Below, one piece after another: positions 29,601-38,131 of a stretch of DNA of 64,000 nt (position 1 is the stretch's first letter; every line of letters starts with the position of its first letter). The notes under the pieces are model-generated. The model was not told the origin of the DNA. It ran no database searches and saw only the letters and a program-made list of their open reading frames with translations. This DNA comes from a virus. Its lineage: Duplodnaviria > Caudoviricetes. Location of the stretch: positions 96,001 through 160,000 of IMG/VR virus record IMGVR_UViG_3300030117_007612. One strand, 5' to 3'. A program made the position numbers and the translations under genes.

Positions 29601-31054
29601 CTACGGAAATCACCGGTGGTTGGCATAGGGGACACACCGGCAAATTTGACATTCTGTCAGCATCGACGGTGCATGCTCACGTCTTCTCCCCATCGACCGT
29701 ATCAGCATCTATAGAAATAACTGGTGGCGCAGTCTCCGCTTACGGAATTACTGGTACGCTGGGCACATTCAGTGGCGTTGTCAGTGCATCTTCTTATGAA
29801 GGTTTTGCTGTACGAACCACACACGGAGAACATGCCGGCACAGTCTCCGCATCAGTATTCATAGGATCGAACGTGTCAGCTTCTACGGAAATCACCGGTG
29901 GTTGGCATAGAGGATTCAAATTTGAAGGACCCAAGGGTGAATTTGCAACACATGTTTCGTCTTCACTGTTGTTTGGTACAACATTGTCTGCCTCCACTAT
30001 TGTAAGCGGTGGTTTGCACATGGGACACACTGGCAAATTTGATATTCTGTCAGCATCAACCATGTACGCTCATGTTTGGGCGCCTACGACCGTATCAGCA
30101 TCTACAGAAATAACTGGTGGCGCAGTCTCCGCTTACGGAGTCACTGGTACACTTGGAACATTCTTTGGACTGCTCTCGGCATCCTCTGTGCACGGCTTCT
30201 CTCATGTTGGAGGTGAGGCTACATATACCGGATTCGTCGAAGCCGGCACTTATATGAGCGCATCTACTCACTTTACAGGTGGTCACGTATATGCTTACGG
30301 AGTCACTGGTACACTTGGAACGTTCTTCGGTCTTCTTTCAGCATCCTCTGTGCATGCCTTCTCTCACATTGGAGGCGAAGCGGTATACACAGGTTTCGTT
30401 GAAGCTGGAACCCACATGAGCGCATCTACTCACTTTACAGGTGGTCACGTATACGGATACGGCTTAACAGGTTCACAGGCAACTTTGACACATGCAGCAA
30501 CATCGCCGCCAACATATGCGTCATCGCAATTAAGACTAAACTATGATGATGCTAATTTTGCTTTTGTCGGAGTTGACTCAATTGGAAGCCTTTCAATTGA
30601 ATCCACAGCGATGTCGTCTCGCCAAAAGGGTGTTGACGCACTCCCTGCAAACAAATCGCATGGAGAAATAGTGTTCTTCGGAACAGAGGACTCCAACGAT
30701 ACTCTGGCCATAGGAAAGCTTATGTATCTTGCAACGGGTGGGATCTGGAAGCACGCTGACGCTGACGCGGTAGCATCATGTGGTGGTGTCATGCTTGGCA
30801 TTGCACTGGGCACTGGGATATCAGATGGATTATTGGTCAATGGTTACGCAAACATATCGGGCACACTGACGGCATCGCCGGTGTATAAATTAACCCACGG
30901 ATCAGCACTTTATGTATCTACGACGCCGGGAGAGATGACCCAAACACAGCCCACAGCAAGCGGGGATGTATCGCGAGTGATCGGTTATGCAGTAAGCTCT
31001 TCTACTGGTAAGACGATATATTTTAATCCAAGTGGTGATTGGGTTGAGCAGTGA
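26699..31054 (+). CDS. 1451-aa Ser/Thr/Gly-rich repetitive fibre/appendage protein
   Basis: N-term TGS/SGS low-complexity repeats, central repeats of about 94 aa, C-term GKLMYL..WKHADADA..LGIAL small domain. Confidence 0.65.
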   Translation: MAKIVITSAGISGSAGSVAITGSFVVTGSEGEITVSGSGTELSGAHGSSTTTSGSSTFYDAAGSSTSTSATGSVSTGSAGSATHGSGSSTYTDADGTHSTSATGSYTTGSGGSTSTTSGSTSHTSADGSTTSTSATGSYISGSGGGAGTGSGGSATHSSGSSIYTSADGSTHSTSATGSLTTGSGGSTETTSGSTSYTDAGGSTTTVSATGSYTTGSGGSTETTTGSSTYTGADGGTAIVSSVGYVASGSGGESSTTSGSTSYTDAGGSSTSTSATGSSMTGSGGSATHGSGSSTYTDAGGCTGSMSATGSYTTGSGGSTSTTSGSTTHTDAGGSSTSTSATGSSMTGSGGSATHGSGSSTYTDAGGSTTSTSATGSYMSGSTPGTTTTTPGGTTYEDTDSTTMHSTSGSHYSGSTPESGSAGSTTITDGTVEVTGSVTISGSSPALTIMAGELIVSGSSILGSTIDHTTTIGSHLTASYGLVAPTHGISGAYVTAYDGRFPGHVSSSLYKGSMVSASLLVTGGEVKAHRGTFGLMVTEFLTMSKGALVEDDDKVHFGTDQESHIRYDEAGQDFLTISGSDAGGLVLSGSSLVIDTDTVESGSRAGGGSYLAMTTTGKIVLSTPDGGGGGSARSVSGDDDDGVITWKTSDNTFTVEGNLTFDGNTLTVGGLGVVTGSQLMAYGITGSLATIQEITGGWADMHKFAGDKVEVGTHVSSSLLYGTTLSASTLVSGGLHMGHTGKFDILSASTVYAHAFSPSTVSASTEITGGAVSAFGITGTLGTFSGVVSASSYEGFAVRTTHGEHAGTVSASVFIGSNVSASTEITGGWHRGHTGKFDILSASTIHAHVFSPSTISASLYLTGGHVYAYGITGSKATITSISATEVTSSVLLGYSHTGDELIAHSHVSAALFLTGGHVYAYGVTASLGTFSGVVSASSYEGFAVRTTHGEHAGTVSASVFIGSNVSASTEITGGWHRGHTGKFDILSASTVHAHVFSPSTVSASIEITGGAVSAYGITGTLGTFSGVVSASSYEGFAVRTTHGEHAGTVSASVFIGSNVSASTEITGGWHRGFKFEGPKGEFATHVSSSLLFGTTLSASTIVSGGLHMGHTGKFDILSASTMYAHVWAPTTVSASTEITGGAVSAYGVTGTLGTFFGLLSASSVHGFSHVGGEATYTGFVEAGTYMSASTHFTGGHVYAYGVTGTLGTFFGLLSASSVHAFSHIGGEAVYTGFVEAGTHMSASTHFTGGHVYGYGLTGSQATLTHAATSPPTYASSQLRLNYDDANFAFVGVDSIGSLSIESTAMSSRQKGVDALPANKSHGEIVFFGTEDSNDTLAIGKLMYLATGGIWKHADADAVASCGGVMLGIALGTGISDGLLVNGYANISGTLTASPVYKLTHGSALYVSTTPGEMTQTQPTASGDVSRVIGYAVSSSTGKTIYFNPSGDWVEQ
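27486..27799 (+). repeat. 116-nt identical direct repeat (27486..27601 and 27684..27799)
   Basis: Read directly; offset 198 nt (66 codons). A second 56-nt identical pair lies at 27002..27057 and 27620..27675. Confidence 0.85.
28919..30060 (+). repeat. coding repeats (GKFDILSAST... units)
   Basis: GKFDILSAST begins at 28919, 29201, 29639 and 30032; the SASSYEGFAVRTTHGEHAG block occurs three times. Confidence 0.85.
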
Positions 31055-31118
31055 TAATTGCTAAACAAATGCTCATCCCCATGCGTCGAATTAAAAACGT
31101 CTTTTATGTCAATTAGTT

Positions 31119-31126
31119 ACTATTTA
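31119..31126 (+). promoter_or_regulatory. putative late promoter ACTATTTA
   Basis: Upstream of the scaffold-capsid operon. Confidence 0.6.
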
Positions 31127-31161
31127 TTTTTGAAATATAATTAAATTTTGGAGAATTTTAT

Positions 31162-32250
31162 ATGTCATCGATGCTCGACCAAGCAATTATAGACGCCACT
31201 GCCCTAAAAGAGGCGGCTCTTAAAAACGCAGAAAACGCAATTGTTGAAAAATATTCCAGCGAGGTTAAGCAAACGCTTGACAAACTGCTTGAACAAGACG
31301 CACCTCTTGCAATGGATCCTTTGGGAATGGATGCGGGCCCGGAGCCCATGGACGATCCTGCACCAGACACTCCGCTTGCTGCACTTGATGGAGACAAAGC
31401 ATGTCCATGCCCCGATGAAGATGAACAAATTGAATTGGATATTGATCTTTCGGCGCTTTCCAAGGCTGCAGCAGACCTAACAACATCCGACATGGGATCT
31501 GCAGAGGACCAAGAAGCCGTTTTACAACAAGTTGCCGAGTCCGAAGATTTTGAAATTTCAGACGATGTTATCGTCGAATTATTATCCGAGGATGAGTCCG
31601 AAGAACAAGAGATTGATGATTCAGAAGTTATTGAAGAAGAAGAGGAAGAATTGCTCGATGAAGATGAGGAATTAGAATACTCTTTTGAAGATGAATTAGT
31701 AGATAAGATTTATGAAAAATTGACGGTTGATTTAAAACCGGCATTATCTGGCTGGGCTGGACGCCCGGCTGAGCACATTGAAGCTGAAATGGAAAGAGAG
31801 TTAGCACGCCGACGCGACGATGAAGTCGAAGAAGACGTAAAGGCTCTCAAAAAGGCTGTAGAAGAATTGATGGAAGAGAACAACTCTCTTAAAGATCAAA
31901 ATGAAAAGTTTTCATCCGCAGTGGTTGCGCTGAAAGATAAACTCGACGAAGTTAATCTTTCAAATGCAAGATTGCTGTATACGAACCGAATACTCAGTAG
32001 CGCCTCCTTGAATGAGCGACAAAAAAGTAAAATTGTCGAAGCTATTTCAAATGCAGGTTCAGTTGAAGAAGCGAAGGTATTATGTGAAACCCTTCAAAGC
32101 ACAGTGGGTAGTACGAAAGAGAAACGTACTCCAAAATCATTGAGCGAAGCAATCGCACGACCCTCCGCAATTATAAGGGGTTCTCGTAAAGAGGAGCCCT
32201 CAGACGATCCGCTGTCGGAACGTTTGAAAAGACTAGCTGGAATAAAATAA
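31162..32250 (+). CDS. prohead scaffolding/core protein (gp22-like)
   Basis: Very acidic coiled coil directly upstream of MCP; many L/V-x-E sites. Confidence 0.75.
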   Translation: MSSMLDQAIIDATALKEAALKNAENAIVEKYSSEVKQTLDKLLEQDAPLAMDPLGMDAGPEPMDDPAPDTPLAALDGDKACPCPDEDEQIELDIDLSALSKAAADLTTSDMGSAEDQEAVLQQVAESEDFEISDDVIVELLSEDESEEQEIDDSEVIEEEEEELLDEDEELEYSFEDELVDKIYEKLTVDLKPALSGWAGRPAEHIEAEMERELARRRDDEVEEDVKALKKAVEELMEENNSLKDQNEKFSSAVVALKDKLDEVNLSNARLLYTNRILSSASLNERQKSKIVEAISNAGSVEEAKVLCETLQSTVGSTKEKRTPKSLSEAIARPSAIIRGSRKEEPSDDPLSERLKRLAGIK

Positions 32251-32275
32251 TAATTATTTAAGGAGGTAATTTAAA

Positions 32276-34033
32276 ATGTCTAGTATCGTAGAAAGATTGA
32301 CCGAGGGCATGGTCAATCGTGATATGAAAAAAGAAGGTCACGCACTTCTCAAGAAGTGGGAAAAAACTGGTCTTCTTGAAGGACTGCAAGATGAGCGTAA
32401 GCGCCAAAGCATGGCTCGACTTTTAGAAAATCAAGCGAAGGAACTGCTTCGTGAGGTTTCAACAATGTCGGGTGGTGATGTTGAGGGCTTTGCTGCTGTT
32501 GCATTCCCAATTGTCCGCCGAGTATTCGCAGGTTTAATCGCGAATGATTTAGTATCCGTGCAGCCAATGAGCTTGCCATCGGGTCTGATCTTCTTCCTTG
32601 ACTTTACTGTTTCAAACACCATTGGTGAGGGTACCAGTACAAACGGAAGATTATCATATGAGAAGAATGAGTCCATTTATGGTCAAGGAGTCGTTGGTCA
32701 AGAGATCACCGGCGGTGTGTCCATGACGCTCGACGATGCTGAGGATGGGCCTTGGAACCTTAACAACGGTTACTCGTCCACCACGGCTTCTCTGTCGAAT
32801 GTGACACTCGACTTCCACACCAGTGGTACTTATGGTACCGGTGATGAGGGACTCGATAAGATTCTTCGTTGGGATCTTGACCTTACTTCTGGTTCTACCA
32901 GAGTTACGGTTCTTAAGTGCCCAGTTGGTAGATTGACAAGCTCTAATGGTAACGTTCTGGATGGATCCCCAGGTAATCTTCAAGCAATTACGCTTTATGA
33001 TACCAATCTCGGAACATTCAGTAAGGGTCACCAAGTGCGTCGACTGACTCAGTTCTCTGGTTCAGCACAATCACACATCTTGCTTGTTGTCGCTTCGACT
33101 GGTTCTGAAGGTTCAACGACCCAGCATGATATTACCAACTATGTCACTGGTAACACTCTTGAGGTTACTTTCCCAATTATCGATAAACTCCAAAGTGCTA
33201 CGGCCGTTGGTTCTGTTATCGGTGCAACTGATTGGGCCCTTGAAAATGAGGGTAACATCCCAGAGATCGACATTCAGGTTGGCTCAATCGCCGTGACGGC
33301 GCAGACCAAGAAGCTGAAGGCCAAGTGGACTCCGGAATTAGGACAAGATCTTAATGCCTACCACAACCTTGACGCTGAGGTCGAGCTTACTCAGATCCTT
33401 TCTGAGCAAATTGCTCTTGAGATTGATCGTGAAATTCTTGCCGATCTCGTTAATGGCGCTAAGGCTGGTAAGTACTACTGGTCGCGTTCACCCGGTATGT
33501 TCCTGAACCGCACATCCGGTGAAGAAGTTGGTGCAGCATCTGCCGCCCCTGACTTCACTGGTACTGTCAGTGAGTGGTATGAGACTCTTGTTGAGACCAT
33601 TAATGACGTGTCGGCTCAGATCCATCGCAAGACCTTAAGAGGTGGTGCTAACTTCATCGTTTGTAGCCCTGAAGTTGCTGCTATTCTTGAGTTCACTGCT
33701 GGATTCCGTGCCAATGTCACTGTTGACGGCGAAACTGGAACAGTCGGTGCTGTTAAGACTGGAAACCTTTCTAAGAAGTGGGACGTCTATGTCGATCCAT
33801 ACTTCTTGCGAAGTGTAATTCTTGTCGGCCGCAAGGGAGGAAGCTTCCTCGAAAGCGGATATGTGTACGCACCGTACGTACCACTGCAAACTACACCTAC
33901 AATCTTCGGACCAGAAGATTTCGTGCCCCGTAAGGGAGTCATGACTCGCTATGCGAAGAAGATGGTCCGACCTGATATGTACGGTCTGGTTATCGTTCGC
34001 GGTATGCTCGGAGAGTCCGGCGCAACTAGCTAA
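32276..34033 (+). CDS. major capsid protein (T4 gp23-like)
   Basis: LIANDLVSVQPMSLPSGLIFFLDF, KKLKAKWTPELGQDL.AYH.LDAE.EL, EIDREI, YAPYVPL, GVMTRYA. Confidence 0.96.
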   Translation: MSSIVERLTEGMVNRDMKKEGHALLKKWEKTGLLEGLQDERKRQSMARLLENQAKELLREVSTMSGGDVEGFAAVAFPIVRRVFAGLIANDLVSVQPMSLPSGLIFFLDFTVSNTIGEGTSTNGRLSYEKNESIYGQGVVGQEITGGVSMTLDDAEDGPWNLNNGYSSTTASLSNVTLDFHTSGTYGTGDEGLDKILRWDLDLTSGSTRVTVLKCPVGRLTSSNGNVLDGSPGNLQAITLYDTNLGTFSKGHQVRRLTQFSGSAQSHILLVVASTGSEGSTTQHDITNYVTGNTLEVTFPIIDKLQSATAVGSVIGATDWALENEGNIPEIDIQVGSIAVTAQTKKLKAKWTPELGQDLNAYHNLDAEVELTQILSEQIALEIDREILADLVNGAKAGKYYWSRSPGMFLNRTSGEEVGAASAAPDFTGTVSEWYETLVETINDVSAQIHRKTLRGGANFIVCSPEVAAILEFTAGFRANVTVDGETGTVGAVKTGNLSKKWDVYVDPYFLRSVILVGRKGGSFLESGYVYAPYVPLQTTPTIFGPEDFVPRKGVMTRYAKKMVRPDMYGLVIVRGMLGESGATS

Positions 34034-34051
34034 TCGATAGCGTAGTCTAAT

Positions 34052-34089
34052 AAAAAAAGCCCCTGCTTTGAAAAAAGCAGGGGCTTTTT
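34052..34089 (+). terminator. intrinsic terminator after MCP
   Basis: AAAAAGCCCCTGCTTT-gaaa-AAAGCAGGGGCTTTTT inverted repeat. Confidence 0.85.
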
Positions 34090-34209
34090 GTGTATCTGAG
34101 GCTATGTATAAGCAGAGGGCACATCATTAATAAGTGTTCAAGTGGATACTTGAGGTGTATACCTCTATATAAACACGTTATAAATTATTAAAATAAGGAG
34201 AAATATATA

Positions 34210-35160
34210 ATGGGAAAAAGAATAGGCTTGTTGAGAACACAAGCATTATTAGAGAACTTAAAAAGAGAGATTAATCTAGAAAACACTACGTTTGCTAGAA
34301 AAGACAATGTAATATTCAGATGGAACTATATCGATTGTCAGACGCCAATCATTTCAAACCTTGCCGGCAACGGCGGCGCGGATGGTGTTATGGCTGCTGG
34401 TGATAAATTTAGTGCGATTTTCCCCGGACCAAATGTCGGGGACATGTATCCTGTGCAAGCATGTTGTATCGGCGCTCACACCGTCGCAGCCGCCGGCTTC
34501 AAAGTCGAAGGCACCGTTGTGGCGACCGACACGAACAACACAGCAGCAGGCTTAAACCTTCAAGGTGATGCAGCCACTGCTGATAACACTGGACTTGAAA
34601 TGATTCTCGGTGGAACAGAAATGGGTGGAGCCTCGGCTTGTACAATTGGTACCCATTCAATGACCATTGACGCAACTTTTTACAGCGAAGACTACACCGA
34701 CGCTGATGCTGTCACAATTGGATTTAGGAAGGTGCAAGCTTTCCAAACCGGCCATGGTGCTGCTCTTGCCGCTGCTTCTGGTGATCCTTTGTACACTGAT
34801 TTTGTGGCATTTGGTGTCCAGTCAGCTGATGATGTTCAAATTGCATCAGACATTAATGACGGTGGTTCCGGCACTTATACAGATACAACCCAAGCGACTG
34901 CTGCTAGCAAGAACCATAGGTTTAAAATTTCTGTAACAAAGGCTGGTGTTGTGACATATCAACATGTTGGCGCCCAAGTGATGGATAGCGGAACTTTGGC
35001 CGCTCCAACCACTACTGCTGCCTACACCTTTGATTCTGGCGATGTTGTCGTTCCCTATCTGATTATTCAGAGAGTCAATGCGGACTCGCAAACCCTGTTG
35101 AAGAGTATCACAGTGACTCGCGTAGGCGGCCCTGCTTCATATGTTGGCGCCCCCTCCTGA
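34210..35160 (+). CDS. putative capsid decoration/virion protein
   Basis: Stand-alone gene after MCP with strong SD; beta-rich body. Confidence 0.45.
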   Translation: MGKRIGLLRTQALLENLKREINLENTTFARKDNVIFRWNYIDCQTPIISNLAGNGGADGVMAAGDKFSAIFPGPNVGDMYPVQACCIGAHTVAAAGFKVEGTVVATDTNNTAAGLNLQGDAATADNTGLEMILGGTEMGGASACTIGTHSMTIDATFYSEDYTDADAVTIGFRKVQAFQTGHGAALAAASGDPLYTDFVAFGVQSADDVQIASDINDGGSGTYTDTTQATAASKNHRFKISVTKAGVVTYQHVGAQVMDSGTLAAPTTTAAYTFDSGDVVVPYLIIQRVNADSQTLLKSITVTRVGGPASYVGAPS

Positions 35161-35190
35161 TTTGAGCTTCACATAAGTCTCTTTCAAATT

Positions 35191-35236
35191 CCCTTCTTCG
35201 GAAGGGGCCCCCTTCTTCGGAAGGGGGTTTTTCTTT
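35191..35236 (+). terminator. tandem UUCG-tetraloop hairpins, intrinsic terminator
   Basis: CCCTTC-TTCG-GAAGGG then CCCCCTTC-TTCG-GAAGGGGG followed by TTTTTCTTT. Confidence 0.85.
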
Positions 35237-35325
35237 CTCAAAACCAAACGAATCTTCAAAAAACACAACTCCAGAATTTTTTTCGCCGCCAATTTTTTGA
35301 GATTTTCATTTTTAAGTATCTTAAA

Positions 35326-35333
35326 ACTACTTA
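35326..35333 (+). promoter_or_regulatory. putative late promoter ACTACTTA
   Basis: Upstream of the neck genes. Confidence 0.5.
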
Positions 35334-35352
35334 GTACAGGAGGCGTCTATGC

Positions 35353-36621
35353 ATGGCAAAACCAAATTTAAGTCCCAAATCAACAACACCGGAAAATGTA
35401 CTAACCGCTACGGGGAGTACCGATGATGTAGCTGCGTCAGTTCCTTTCGGAATATACACGGGATCTGCCGATTTTATATCTGGCGCCGCAGCCCAAGTGG
35501 CCTATGTTTATAAGAAGCTCGGTGGAGATGTAATTGACATTGAAATTACAACAGCGAATGTATACTCCGCCTATGAAGAGGCTGTGTTAGAGTATTCTTA
35601 CATTGTCAATTTACATCAATCGAAAAACCTGCTAGCTAATTCACTAGGAGACGCGACCGGTACGTTCGATCATAAAGGCGAATTGAAATCAGGCCCAGAA
35701 AGCGTTAATTTAAAATATCCGAAATTTGAGCTTGGATACGCCAGACGAATGGCTGAGGGTTTTGCGTCGGAAGCAACCATTGGAGGAAATATCAGAGAAT
35801 ATTCAGCCTCATTTGCTACAAGTGAAGACCAACAAGATTACGATCTACAAGATATTATTGATTCTGCCTCAAACAGCGGAGTTGACGACAAGGGCGACTC
35901 AGTTCCCTATTCTGGCAAAGTTGGAGGCAAAAAAGTATTAATTACTAGAGTGTTCTATAAATCGCCAAGAGCAATGTGGAGATTTTATGGATATTATGGC
36001 GGAGTCGGCGTTGTCGGCAACTACTCAACATACGGACAATTTGCCGATGATGCAACTTTTGAAATTATACCGACTTGGCAAAATAAGATGCAAGCCATTA
36101 TGTACGAAGATTCAATTTACACAAGAACCTCGCATTATTCGTATGAATTAATTAATAACAGGCTGAGACTGCACCCCACTCCAAGTGATTATGGCAACGA
36201 CAACAGAATATGGGTAAAATTTATGATCCCCACAGATGCATGGGTAGACGATGATGACTATAATTCGGGAATAGTTGGTGTTAACAACCTAAATACACTG
36301 CCATTCGATAACCTACCTTTTGAAAACATCAACTCCATAGGTAAACAATGGATTAGAAAATATGCACTGGCGGTCTCAAAAGAAATGCTGGGTCAAGTCA
36401 GAGGTAAGTTTGCTACATTGCCAATTCCGGGAGAATCTGTGACCTTGAATGGTCCAGAGTTGGTCAATCAGGCAAAAGAAGAGCAACAACAGTTAAGGGA
36501 CAAATTGATGGAAATACTCGATCAATTAACTTACACAGAACTGACTAAGACGCAAAATGAAGCTAGCGAAGCGGCCGCCAATGTTTTAAAGAATTCCCCA
36601 TTGCCGATTTTTGTAGGATAA
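35353..36621 (+). CDS. neck protein / head-tail adaptor (gp13-like)
   Basis: LGG.VIDIE, W.RKYALA..KE.LG.VRGKF..LPIPG..VTLNG.EL; position between capsid and sheath. Confidence 0.75.
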   Translation: MAKPNLSPKSTTPENVLTATGSTDDVAASVPFGIYTGSADFISGAAAQVAYVYKKLGGDVIDIEITTANVYSAYEEAVLEYSYIVNLHQSKNLLANSLGDATGTFDHKGELKSGPESVNLKYPKFELGYARRMAEGFASEATIGGNIREYSASFATSEDQQDYDLQDIIDSASNSGVDDKGDSVPYSGKVGGKKVLITRVFYKSPRAMWRFYGYYGGVGVVGNYSTYGQFADDATFEIIPTWQNKMQAIMYEDSIYTRTSHYSYELINNRLRLHPTPSDYGNDNRIWVKFMIPTDAWVDDDDYNSGIVGVNNLNTLPFDNLPFENINSIGKQWIRKYALAVSKEMLGQVRGKFATLPIPGESVTLNGPELVNQAKEEQQQLRDKLMEILDQLTYTELTKTQNEASEAAANVLKNSPLPIFVG

Positions 36622-36626
36622 GTTAG

Positions 36627-37115
36627 ATGTCAGATGAATGGAGACAGCCAGACGCACCGCCAGCCCCGTTATTCACTGGTAAAAAAGAGCGCGATTTAGT
36701 AAAAAAGGTAAACGATGAGCTAATTGAAAAAATCATCGGCCAGCAGGTTTTATATTATCCGATTGACATTGAGCATACAAATTTCAATGAATTATATGGC
36801 GAAGCCATTGAAAAAACATTTTTACCACCAATAAGAGTTTACGCACTTGTTGAATTAAATGAATATGGGACAAAATACTCGGAAAATATAGGATTAGACA
36901 AAGAGGCAAGAATCACGGTTAATTTCCACAAAAGAAGACTTGAAGAAGATCAAAATCTTTTTGTTAGAGAGGGAGACTTCATACTTTACGGTAAGACTTT
37001 TTACGAAATTGTCATTTTAAAAGAGCCTAGGCAACTTTTTGGCCAAATAGACAATAGGTTTGAAATTTCTGCTATATGCGTCAGAGCAAGAGAGGGATTA
37101 TTCGATGCCGATTAA
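36627..37115 (+). CDS. neck/head-closure protein (gp14-like)
   Basis: LYGEA..KTF.PP, REGDFI.YG; follows gp13-like gene. Confidence 0.65.
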   Translation: MSDEWRQPDAPPAPLFTGKKERDLVKKVNDELIEKIIGQQVLYYPIDIEHTNFNELYGEAIEKTFLPPIRVYALVELNEYGTKYSENIGLDKEARITVNFHKRRLEEDQNLFVREGDFILYGKTFYEIVILKEPRQLFGQIDNRFEISAICVRAREGLFDAD

Positions 37116-38034
37116 AAAGAACTTTGATTTTGCGAAATTACCCGCACAATATGGCAATTTTAAACTCCAAGACATTGGCATGCATGCCTCAACAATTGAA
37201 GTTGTTGATCAGTCTTTGGTTAGCTGGGTAAAAGAAGATTTGAGACCGGTTGCTTCCACCAACAAGGGCTTGTCACCCGTACCAGTCTTATGGGTTACCC
37301 CTGAGCGCGCCTTTCAGATTAAAAACAAAAAAGAATTAAGAGACGAAACAGGTAATTTAAAATTACCCTTAATAACTATCGAAAGGACAAACATAACAAA
37401 AGATCCCGCCAGAAAGGGCGGTTTTCAAGCCCACCTTTTTTCCGATAAAAAAAATGGCAGATCTGGACGTTTTGTAATTGCAAAAAGAATCAAACAAGAC
37501 AAAACGAGAGAATTCCTTGTTAATGATGCTGTTCGACCGGCAAATCAAACTGGTGGTACAATTCAGGAGCATTACCCACACAAAAATTTAAAAAAACTAG
37601 TCATTCAAATTGTTTCTATACCGATTCCCGTTTATATTAATGCAAATTACAAAATAACAATTGAGACCGAATATCAAAGCCAGATGAACGAACTTGTTAC
37701 GCCGTTTATTACTCGCCCGGGCCAAATTAATTCTTTCTTGCTGAACAGAAACGGCCACAGATACGAGGCGTTTGTCGAATCGGACTTTTCTCAATCTAAT
37801 AATACTGCGAACATGGGTGAAGACAACAGGAAATTCATCACCGAAATTACAATCAGAGTTTTAGGATACTTAATAGGCGATGGCGAAGACCGGGATCGCC
37901 CAATTGTCAGAATTGATGAAAACGTAGTCGAATTACGACAACCCCAAGAGCGTGTTTTGGCTGGGGATTACGATGAAAGCATCGATAAAGAAAGAGAATT
38001 TCCCCGCGACTATGGCATTTTGTCTAAGAGTTAA
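37105..38034 (+). CDS. tail terminator/completion protein (gp15-like)
   Basis: VPV.W.TPER, KLPLITIER; directly before the sheath; ATG 37105 preferred. Confidence 0.55.
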   Translation: MPIKKNFDFAKLPAQYGNFKLQDIGMHASTIEVVDQSLVSWVKEDLRPVASTNKGLSPVPVLWVTPERAFQIKNKKELRDETGNLKLPLITIERTNITKDPARKGGFQAHLFSDKKNGRSGRFVIAKRIKQDKTREFLVNDAVRPANQTGGTIQEHYPHKNLKKLVIQIVSIPIPVYINANYKITIETEYQSQMNELVTPFITRPGQINSFLLNRNGHRYEAFVESDFSQSNNTANMGEDNRKFITEITIRVLGYLIGDGEDRDRPIVRIDENVVELRQPQERVLAGDYDESIDKEREFPRDYGILSKS

Positions 38035-38040
38035 TAACAA

Positions 38041-38077
38041 AGCGCTTTTAGAACTTCGAAATACTATTTACAGATGT
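38041..38077 (+). promoter_or_regulatory. sheath-1 upstream element with late promoter ACTATTTA (38063..38070)
   Basis: CGCTTTT..CTTCGAAATACTATTTACA.ATGT nearly duplicated upstream of sheath 2. Confidence 0.6.
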
Positions 38078-38131
38078 TATAGTACCAAATATGGGTTAAA
38101 TAGATACATTTTATAAAAAGGAACCGTAAAT

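Noticed and set aside
26800-30470. Direct repeats as a CRISPR array or DGR template/variable pair
   Set aside because: The repeats are in-frame coding units without unique spacers; differences are not adenine-specific and no reverse transcriptase is in the window.
35238-35316. A- and T-tract-rich intergenic segment as a bent DNA, origin or pac site
   Set aside because: The tracts are not regularly phased at about 10.5 nt and there are no iterons; support is insufficient.
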